A DNA stretch of 16,334 nucleotides, taken from assembly GCA_041562555.1 (NCBI GenBank), contig JBFEXS010000045.1:1-16334 (forward strand), written 5' to 3'. The stretch is from Sulfurimonadaceae bacterium. GTDB lineage: Bacteria > Campylobacterota > Campylobacteria > Campylobacterales > Sulfurimonadaceae. Within the stretch, counting starts at the first letter, position 1, and every line of letters begins with the position of its first letter. The position numbers were made by a program, and so were the translations under genes. The notes under the pieces are model-generated. The model worked only from the letters and a program-made list of their open reading frames with translations, did not search any database and was not told where the DNA came from. Below, piece after piece: positions 7,969 to 14,646 of this stretch.

Positions 7969-8748
7969 CTACAAAAGATATTCAATATTGGAGGTTTTGC
8001 TTTTTTTTGCTTTGCTCAGAGCTTTTCCGGCTCTGTCAAGAAGAGCATTGACCGTGTCTGTATCATGTGTCTGGGTCACTCCGAAACTCAGTTCGATCTC
8101 AAAGTTGAAATCATTAAAACTAAAGTTGGTTTTATCGAGTGCTTCTTGAAACTTTCGGACATATTGCATCGTACCGTGGGGATCTGTCTTATGGAGCAGG
8201 ATAAGAAACTTGTCTCCTTTAAAACGTCCCAATGCATCGGATCCTCTGGTATTGTTCTTCAAGGTACGTGCCACTTCCTTAAGGACGTGATCACCTGCGA
8301 GATAACCAAACATCTCGTTAATGTTTTTTAGATGCTTAATATCAAGGATAAGTACGGTTGTCGAAGTCTTGTCCCGTATTGTTCGTTTGATCTCTTGCTT
8401 TAAAGTCGAGAGGATGTTCTTCTCTGTCATCAGTCCGGTAAGCTGATCGTATAGATCATAACATCCGGTAGGATTGACGACAAACCATGCGTCTGATAGA
8501 AGGAAAAAATGGAATTCAAATGTCTCATCCAGATCTTTCATCTGATAACATAGGTGATACTCTTTTCCGCTCATCTTGAGTTTGTGTAAAAACCCTTCGT
8601 CCAGCATGGCATTTTGTGCAAGAAAAGCATTCAGAGCTGTAAGGGTAAAGATGTTTTGGAACAGGGCCTCGAAAATAGGATCTGACTGTATGATCCGGTT
8701 GAGGTTTTTATCGAAAATAACGGTCTTGACTTCTTGTAGCTTGGACAA
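7969..8748 (-). CDS. Degenerate GGDEF-domain protein (KGDKF, RGSD I-site) with unrecognised N-terminal domain; paralogue A
   Basis: DQLTG, DIKHLKNINEMFGYLAGD, RGSDALGRFKGDKF; TTG start supported by exact N-terminal alignment with the paralogue (MSKLQEVKTVIFDKN vs MSMLQKVITVVFDKN). Confidence 0.88.
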   Translation of the reverse strand: MSKLQEVKTVIFDKNLNRIIQSDPIFEALFQNIFTLTALNAFLAQNAMLDEGFLHKLKMSGKEYHLCYQMKDLDETFEFHFFLLSDAWFVVNPTGCYDLYDQLTGLMTEKNILSTLKQEIKRTIRDKTSTTVLILDIKHLKNINEMFGYLAGDHVLKEVARTLKNNTRGSDALGRFKGDKFLILLHKTDPHGTMQYVRKFQEALDKTNFSFNDFNFEIELSFGVTQTHDTDTVNALLDRAGKALSKAKKSKTSNIEYLL

Positions 8749-8769
8749 AATGGACTCTTTTTTAATGAA

Positions 8770-8800
8770 ATTATACTAAAAAAAACATAATTTACCTTAA
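8770..8800 (-). promoter_or_regulatory. Candidate sigma70 promoter for paralogue A
   Basis: Minus strand TTAAG...T8-AG-TATAAT (TATAAT at 8775-8770), the T-rich upstream pattern typical of Campylobacterota RpoD promoters. Confidence 0.55.
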
Positions 8801-8859
8801 TCAATACTGTTGAAGTAGGCCGTACCTGGCTGCTAACTTTGTTCTGAGGTTGATTTCGT

Positions 8860-8865
8860 TATAAT
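8860..8865 (+). promoter_or_regulatory. Candidate -10 element of the moaD-moaE-moeA operon
   Basis: Perfect TATAAT 41 nt upstream of the moaD ATG; RBS GGAG at 8897-8900. Confidence 0.55.
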
Positions 8866-8906
8866 CGCGCTATTTAAACTCAAAAATTGAATCTACGGAG
8901 AGAGCG

Positions 8907-9128
8907 ATGATTACTATTGAATTTTTAGGGCCGATACAAAAAGAGAAAATCACATTGGAAGCAGAGACACTGAATGATGTCGCGAAACATTTAAGTGCGG
9001 ATGCAGAACTTAAAACGTGGCTTGATACATGTGCAGTAGCAGTGAATGATACCATGGTTATGGATCTAAACACAGCATTAAAAAGCGGAGACAGAGTCTC
9101 CCTGCTTCCTCCGGTGTGTGGCGGCTGA
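8907..9128 (+). CDS. moaD: Molybdopterin synthase sulfur carrier subunit
   Basis: 73-aa ThiS/MoaD-like protein, CAVAVND...LKSGDRVSLLPPVCGG with C-terminal GG; followed by moaE. Confidence 0.93.
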   Translation: MITIEFLGPIQKEKITLEAETLNDVAKHLSADAELKTWLDTCAVAVNDTMVMDLNTALKSGDRVSLLPPVCGG

Positions 9129-9580
9129 TGTTAGAATTGTTTGATGGACCTGTTCCTGTTGAAGAGACCTTGGCACGATGGTATAAGGAAGAGGCCAACA
9201 GTAATTACGGTGCTTTTATTCCGTTTATCGGGACGATTCGGGATGAGGATGGGATAACCGGACTCAGCTTCGATATCTATGAGCCTATACTGAACTCCTG
9301 GTATGATGCCTGGCAGTTAAAGGCAAAACAATCGGGCGCTATCCTTAAGATGGCACACTCCCGTGGTGATGTACCTTTGCATACTTCTTCGTATATTGCG
9401 GCTGTTTTCTCTCCAAAACGTCGTGTCGCTTTAGAGATGATTGAAGAGTTTGTCGAGGACTTCAAAGCAAGTGCCCCGATATGGAAATACGATTTAAAAG
9501 ATGGCAAACGCATTTATGCCAAAGAACGTTCAACCCAGATAAAGGGCAGTGGACTTTTAAACATATCTAATCAAGATTAA
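9128..9580 (+). CDS. moaE: Molybdopterin synthase catalytic subunit
   Basis: GAFIPFIGTIR, HSRGDV, FVEDFKASAPIWK motifs; the start is best placed at ATG 9128, overlapping the moaD stop (TGATG), rather than 9116. Confidence 0.92.
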   Translation: MLELFDGPVPVEETLARWYKEEANSNYGAFIPFIGTIRDEDGITGLSFDIYEPILNSWYDAWQLKAKQSGAILKMAHSRGDVPLHTSSYIAAVFSPKRRVALEMIEEFVEDFKASAPIWKYDLKDGKRIYAKERSTQIKGSGLLNISNQD

Positions 9581-9593
9581 AAGGATAGCTCAT

Positions 9594-10802
9594 ATGATCT
9601 CCTATAATGAATCGGTTCAGCAGCTTGCAGATGTACAGATCAATACCACTGCGGTAGAAAGAGTATTCCTTTCAAACGCACTTGGACGAATTTTGGCTGA
9701 GGATATTATTGCACAGGAGAACTCACCGATGTATCCGACGTCTGCGATGGACGGATACGCGATCCTCGCAAAGGACCAGGATCTGGGTGAAATAGCTGTT
9801 TTAAGTGCGGATAATCCGGCGGGGGCAGAAGAGATCGGAGTCGTGAGTTCGGGGGTGTGTATCAAGACATTCACAGGCTCACTCATGCCAGAGGGTGCAG
9901 ACACGTTGACACCGATTGAGAATGTCACTTTTACGGAAGGCAAGATAATCATCAATGAAAGAGTGCCGGAAGGCTTTGCTGTCCGTCCTGTGGGGGAAAG
10001 CTTTAAAGAGGGGGAGGTGCTGATAAAAAAAGGCACCAAGCTGGGGTATGCAGAAATCGGTGTGATGGCTTCTCTAAATGTCGTCATGGCAGCTGTTTTT
10101 ATTCAACCGCGTGTCGCGGTACTTTCGACCGGGTCTGAGATCTTAGATCTGGGAGAGAGTGCGCATCATGCTTCACAAATTCGTTCATCTAATAATTATA
10201 CGCTTGCAGCTCTGGCACAGCAGGCTGGTGGTTCGGCAGTCCAATTAGGCATTGTCAAAGATGACAGAGCATCGATCACAGAGGCTTTTGAGAATGCACT
10301 TTCGAGCGCGGATATCGTTGTTACCACCGGCGGTGTGAGTGTGGGAGATTACGATTTTGTCAAGGACATTATTCCGGCACTTGGCGCGGAAGTGATCTAC
10401 AAAGGTGTGCGTATAAAACCGGGACAGCATGTCATGCTTGCAAAAAAGGATAATAAGTTTATTATTGCGCTTCCTGGGTTTGCCTATTCCTCTACAGTCA
10501 CCTTTATGTTGTACGTGATACCTGTGATACGACGTATGATGAGTTTGGATGCCTCCTTGCCTCAGGTTGAAGCGACATTGATGCAGGACTTCAATAAACG
10601 TGCGAAAAAGACGGAATTTACTCCATGCAATCTTCATTTTAAGGATGGAAGATATGAGGTGGATTTTGAAGGAAAAAAAGTCGGTTCTTCCGCCATATTA
10701 ACGAATATGCTGGGAAGTTGTGCCCTTGTCGTGACGGATGAACAGAGCGGCTCACTTAAAAAGGGTGAGAAGGTCAGTGTGATCAACTTACTGGCGCTAT
10801 AG
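9594..10802 (+). CDS. moeA: Molybdopterin molybdotransferase
   Basis: GRILAEDI, SAMDGYA, TGSLMPEGAD, STGSEI, TTGGVSVGDYD, IKPGQ, LPG motifs; RBS AAGGA at 9581-9585. Confidence 0.95.
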   Translation: MISYNESVQQLADVQINTTAVERVFLSNALGRILAEDIIAQENSPMYPTSAMDGYAILAKDQDLGEIAVLSADNPAGAEEIGVVSSGVCIKTFTGSLMPEGADTLTPIENVTFTEGKIIINERVPEGFAVRPVGESFKEGEVLIKKGTKLGYAEIGVMASLNVVMAAVFIQPRVAVLSTGSEILDLGESAHHASQIRSSNNYTLAALAQQAGGSAVQLGIVKDDRASITEAFENALSSADIVVTTGGVSVGDYDFVKDIIPALGAEVIYKGVRIKPGQHVMLAKKDNKFIIALPGFAYSSTVTFMLYVIPVIRRMMSLDASLPQVEATLMQDFNKRAKKTEFTPCNLHFKDGRYEVDFEGKKVGSSAILTNMLGSCALVVTDEQSGSLKKGEKVSVINLLAL

Positions 10803-10806
10803 GCGT

Positions 10807-12471
10807 TTACAATTCCACTACCTGGACCTGATTGCGTCCGTTCTCTTTTGCTTTATAGAGTGCTTCATCACTTTTCTCATAGACCTCTTCAAGGCCCAAG
10901 GTCGAATCCTGAGGAAGTATAGCCATACCGATTGAGATAGTCAGACATGGACAGATATCACTATATAGGTGTTGGATGCACTCTTTTTGGAGTTTGCTAC
11001 ACGCATTTTGGGCAGAGTCTATGAGTTGTCCGATAGACTTTTCGGATGTAAGAACGGCAAACTCTTCCCCTCCCAAACGGAAGATCAGGTCTGATGAACG
11101 TCGAAAACTTCGCTCAAGGTTACGGGACACTTTCTGCAGTACATCATCTCCCTTGACATGTCCGTAGTGATCGTTATATTGTTTGAAAAAATCAATGTCG
11201 ATCATCAGGAGTGCAAAATACTTCTGGTCCCTTTTTGCACGGTTTTTTTCAACTTCAAAACGTTTTTCGAAGCTTCTTCGGTTGAGCAAAGAGGTCAGGG
11301 GATCGATGTTGATGTCTTCAAGAAGGGCTTTTTTCTCTGTTATGACACGCATGACAGATTCGAAAGCAAAGGTGATATTATGTTCATCTTTCATCGGGGT
11401 GATATCCACCTCGACCCAAAAGACTTCGCCTGTCTTTGAGATGTTCTTTACTTCGCCTTTCCATCGGCCTCCATCGGCCAGTGCTTTCCATATATCTTGA
11501 AAAAGGGTCTCAGGTGTGTCCGGATGTTTGAAAAAGCAGAAGCTCTGACCGATCAGTTCTTCTCTGCTGTAACCGCATAGACGTAAGAGAGCATCACTGA
11601 CGGATATGATTTTTCCCTTCATGTCAAACTGTGAGGAGATCACATGTTCATATAAGTTTTCAAGGGAGCTTTCCAATGCTCGTGTGTGTTGTTTGCGGGC
11701 TTCACTTTTGATACGTTCCTCTTCGATGGCCTGCTCTTTTTTCTCTAAACGTGTCTTGAAAAGCTCAGCAGCAAAAAAGAGGGTGACAAAGATCAAAAAT
11801 ATAAGTCCGGCAACAGCATAGAACTGTCTGTCATTCTCTTCATAGATACCTTCAAGGGGAGCTCTTATAGATATTATCGAGGAGAGCTGTCCTGTTTTGT
11901 ATCCAAATCCATTGTCGCTGCCGTAGATTTTTACAAGAGACTTAGGGGCATTTTCCGGATCTCCATGACAGGCTAAGCACTGTTTTTCCATAATCTTGCC
12001 TGCGATGGCATAATAGAGATAATTTTTGCCGTTTTCTGTAATGATCTCCTTGTACTTTCGAATCGGGGTCGTTTGAAATTTCTTAAAAACGTTTAATTCA
12101 AAATGATCAGCGAGATTTTCAGGGTTCATAGGATTGGGTGAAGCATATTTATAAAGCATAGGGGCAATCCCAAGTTTTTTACGTTCGACATTGGCATACT
12201 CATTGAGTTTGATCGTGATATACGAGCTTGAGAGCAGTGCAGGTGAAAAGTAGTCCTTATCCAGAACACCGTCGATTTTTAATTTATAGATTTCCGGTTT
12301 TTGGATGTGACTCACCACCGTGCCCAAGGCGCGTTGTGATAAAAGGGTGTTTTCGATGTTCTTTTCAGTTTCGTCGATGATGATAGAATGGGTCTGATCA
12401 AGATACAGATACATTGTTGCCACATAGACAACAAACATAAGTAAAAAACTGACAAGGCGGCTAGAACGCAT
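10807..12471 (-). CDS. Membrane diguanylate cyclase: TM - periplasmic heme c (DUF3365/Tll0287-like) - TM - PAS - GGEEF
   Basis: Two hydrophobic segments flank a domain with SPNPMNPENLAD, CLACHG (CxxCH) and YG...GFGYKTG; PAS GYSREELIG..HPD..W.GEVKN..FWV; DPLTSLLNRR, DIDFFKQYNDHYGH, RSSD-x5-GGEEF, ALYKAKENGRN. Confidence 0.9.
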   Translation of the reverse strand: MRSSRLVSFLLMFVVYVATMYLYLDQTHSIIIDETEKNIENTLLSQRALGTVVSHIQKPEIYKLKIDGVLDKDYFSPALLSSSYITIKLNEYANVERKKLGIAPMLYKYASPNPMNPENLADHFELNVFKKFQTTPIRKYKEIITENGKNYLYYAIAGKIMEKQCLACHGDPENAPKSLVKIYGSDNGFGYKTGQLSSIISIRAPLEGIYEENDRQFYAVAGLIFLIFVTLFFAAELFKTRLEKKEQAIEEERIKSEARKQHTRALESSLENLYEHVISSQFDMKGKIISVSDALLRLCGYSREELIGQSFCFFKHPDTPETLFQDIWKALADGGRWKGEVKNISKTGEVFWVEVDITPMKDEHNITFAFESVMRVITEKKALLEDINIDPLTSLLNRRSFEKRFEVEKNRAKRDQKYFALLMIDIDFFKQYNDHYGHVKGDDVLQKVSRNLERSFRRSSDLIFRLGGEEFAVLTSEKSIGQLIDSAQNACSKLQKECIQHLYSDICPCLTISIGMAILPQDSTLGLEEVYEKSDEALYKAKENGRNQVQVVEL

Positions 12472-12477
12472 GTGGAT

Positions 12478-12525
12478 TCCTAAGTAAACATCATATAAGA
12501 TATCTTTATGATATTTGCTTTAGGA
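12478..12525. repeat. 48-nt imperfect inverted repeat in the MFS-cyclase intergenic region
   Basis: TCCTAAGTAAACATCATATAAGAT|ATCTTTATGATATTTGCTTTAGGA, centred on the perfect palindrome AAGATATCTT (12497-12506). Confidence 0.8.
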
Positions 12526-12536
12526 TAAGAAAAGAC

Positions 12537-13868
12537 TTAATGAATGATTTTAGTTCGTAGGTCTTCTTCGCTGATCTCTTCTTTTTTGTATTTGACAACA
12601 ACGAGTTGTTCTGTTTCATTGATATACCACTCTGCGATCGCTTCATGTTCAAGTGCTTCAAGTTTGGCGATGTCTACACTCTCTTGAGGGGCATACAGAT
12701 GCGAGTGACGGATAGGATTCGAGAGTCGCATAGCAGTCCAGATCAACCAGAGGAACCCAACGCCGGCGAGAGACAGTCCCAGAAGAGAACGGTCGGCATG
12801 GTCAAGCATCAACCCGGCAAAGGTCCCGCCTATAAAAGTCATGAGATAGGCAGCCGTATTGGAAATACCCAGAGCCGTCCCCTTTTGGTGGACTTTGGCA
12901 TATTTTGAGATCAAGGACTGTACAAGGGGTTCCATCATGTTAAAGCCGATAAAAAAGGCGACAACACCTACAATGAAGAGTGTATCCGACGTACTAAGCC
13001 CCATAAGCAGAAAGGATGTGATAAACAAAACGATGGATACCAGGAAGATCTGTTTCGCTTTATTGTGCTTCTCTCCAAAAACAGCAGCCGGGCCCATAGC
13101 AATCAGTCCAAAAACCATAGCCGGAAGATAGACCATCCACAGTTCGGATTTTTCCCAGGCAAAACCGCCATCTTCAAGGCTTCCTGTCATAATCAACGGA
13201 ATCAGGACAAAGGAGATGGTCATCAGTCCTTTTTGCATCCCATTGATGATAAACATGCCCAAAAGATTAGGGTCCTTGAAGATGTCTTTTGTCTTGATCT
13301 TGTCATGATAGATGTGGTGAATACGCGGAGGCGTCGGTACCTTGACAAAAACAAGTACGATAGCGACAAGGGCAAAGGCCGCTGTCATCCAGAACAAAGA
13401 AGCGACACCAAAGGAAGAACCGAGAACAGGACCAAGTCCCATAGCAAGCGCAAAACTCAGCGCGATCGATCCGCCCATCATGGCCATTGCCTTACCCCGT
13501 GATTCCTCCGGAACAAGGTCTGAAATCATCGCAGGGATGACAGACCCGATAGCTCCGGCTCCTTGCAGAAAACGTCCCAGCATCAACATCCAGATCGATT
13601 CACTCATAGCGGCTAAGACCGAACCCGCCAAAAAGACGAGAAGACCAAAAACAAGCGTGGGCTTTCGGCCGATCTTATCACTGATACTTCCAAATGGGAC
13701 TTGAAAGATCGCTTGTGTAAGGGCATACCCACCAACGATGATACCAACAAGAAGCGCAGTCGCACCCTGCATGCCCATTGCATAAACAGAGAGAACAGGT
13801 AGAACTAAAAACAGACCTAAGAAGCGTAATGCCAAGATCGCTGAGAGTGGCCAAATCTTTTTAAACAT
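12537..13868 (-). CDS. MFS transporter, YajR/CmeG-like, with small C-terminal soluble domain
   Basis: About 12 hydrophobic segments, motif A GSISDKIGRKP, GRFLQGAGAIG, LRFLGLFLVLPV; RBS AAGGA (minus) at 13880-13876. Confidence 0.9.
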   Translation of the reverse strand: MFKKIWPLSAILALRFLGLFLVLPVLSVYAMGMQGATALLVGIIVGGYALTQAIFQVPFGSISDKIGRKPTLVFGLLVFLAGSVLAAMSESIWMLMLGRFLQGAGAIGSVIPAMISDLVPEESRGKAMAMMGGSIALSFALAMGLGPVLGSSFGVASLFWMTAAFALVAIVLVFVKVPTPPRIHHIYHDKIKTKDIFKDPNLLGMFIINGMQKGLMTISFVLIPLIMTGSLEDGGFAWEKSELWMVYLPAMVFGLIAMGPAAVFGEKHNKAKQIFLVSIVLFITSFLLMGLSTSDTLFIVGVVAFFIGFNMMEPLVQSLISKYAKVHQKGTALGISNTAAYLMTFIGGTFAGLMLDHADRSLLGLSLAGVGFLWLIWTAMRLSNPIRHSHLYAPQESVDIAKLEALEHEAIAEWYINETEQLVVVKYKKEEISEEDLRTKIIH

Positions 13869-13933
13869 CGATAATTCCTTTAAATATCAGCCTATTTCAA
13901 GAGGATGAATAGAAGGCATTCTATATATTTACG

Positions 13934-13963
13934 ATAAAATTACGCAATTATAGTGAATTTTAT
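13934..13963. promoter_or_regulatory. Candidate face-to-face divergent promoter region for the MFS gene and rdgB, bounded by an inverted repeat
   Basis: TATAAT on minus at 13952-13947, TAAAAT on plus at 13935-13940; arms ATAAAATT (13934-13941) and AATTTTAT (13956-13963). Confidence 0.4.
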
Positions 13964-14040
13964 TTAAGTGAACCTCTATTTAAATTTTGTACGTAAATTT
14001 TAAGTGGGTTGAGTGTAATGATTGAAAAAGGATGATCGAT

Positions 14041-14646
14041 ATGAAACTGGTTTTGGCGACGGGAAACAGAGGGAAAGTGAAGGAAATTACACAAATGTAT
14101 AGTGATTTTGAAGTCATCCCCTATAGCGATCTTATTGAGCCTTTTGAGATCATTGAAGACAAGCCTGACTTCAAAGGAAATGCTCTGATTAAAGCGCGCG
14201 CGGTTTTTGACGCACTTGGAGATGAAGAGGTCATCGTACTGTCGGATGACAGCGGGATCAGTGTTGAAGTCCTGGGGGGAGAACCGGGTGTCTTTTCCGC
14301 ACGATACGCGGGAGAAAATGCAAGTGACAAGGATAACCTGAATAAATTGATGGAGGCAGTAAAAGAGCGGGGGGTCGCGTCTTCTGCAGCATATTATACA
14401 GCAGCCATAGCCATAGTGGCGAAAGAGGGTGAGTATACAACCCATGGATGGATGTACGGTGATGTGATCACCCAGGCAAAGGGAGAAGGTGGCTTTGGAT
14501 ATGACCCGTGTTTTATCCCTTTGGGATTTGATAAGACATTAGGTGAGTTGGATGATACTATCAAATCAAGGCTTTCCCATCGTTCTCAGGCACTGCAGAA
14601 CGCTAAACCTGTCCTGGCCGCAATACGAAGACAACGATCCTGCTAA
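14041..14646 (+). CDS. rdgB: Non-canonical purine NTP pyrophosphatase (RdgB/HAM1 family)
   Basis: LATGNRGKVKE, NALIKA, SDDSG, PGVFSARY, GFGYDP, SHR motifs; ATG 14041 preferred over 14032 because the AAGGA RBS overlaps the latter. Confidence 0.95.
   Translation: MKLVLATGNRGKVKEITQMYSDFEVIPYSDLIEPFEIIEDKPDFKGNALIKARAVFDALGDEEVIVLSDDSGISVEVLGGEPGVFSARYAGENASDKDNLNKLMEAVKERGVASSAAYYTAAIAIVAKEGEYTTHGWMYGDVITQAKGEGGFGYDPCFIPLGFDKTLGELDDTIKSRLSHRSQALQNAKPVLAAIRRQRSC

Noticed and set aside
7154..8748. Pseudogene interpretation of the degenerate GGDEF pair
   Set aside because: Both frames are intact, full-length and ungapped, with identical substituted motifs despite ~55% divergence.
8778..8785. A8 tract next to the paralogue A promoter (also T8 at 8001-8008, G6 at 14274-14279) as phase-variation sites
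   Set aside because: Short A/T tracts are normal in these promoters and Lys-rich codons; the G tract is shorter than typical contingency tracts.
8866..8906. Moco/tungsten-cofactor riboswitch ahead of moaD
   Set aside because: Predicted leader is only ~35 nt, too short, and no multi-stem structure is visible.
12537..12720. C-terminal soluble domain on the MFS transporter as a novelty
   Set aside because: YajR-type MFS proteins are known to carry a small C-terminal (YAM) domain of this size.
877..13704. Other 60-156 aa alternative-frame or antisense ORFs (e.g. 877-1287, 6543-6968, 9617-10087, 10245-10637, 13065-13502)
   Set aside because: All lie within well-supported genes, have atypical composition and no independent expression signals.
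13960..14445. 161-aa antisense ORF over rdgB
   Set aside because: Shadow of a clearly conserved gene, no recognisable motif or RBS.
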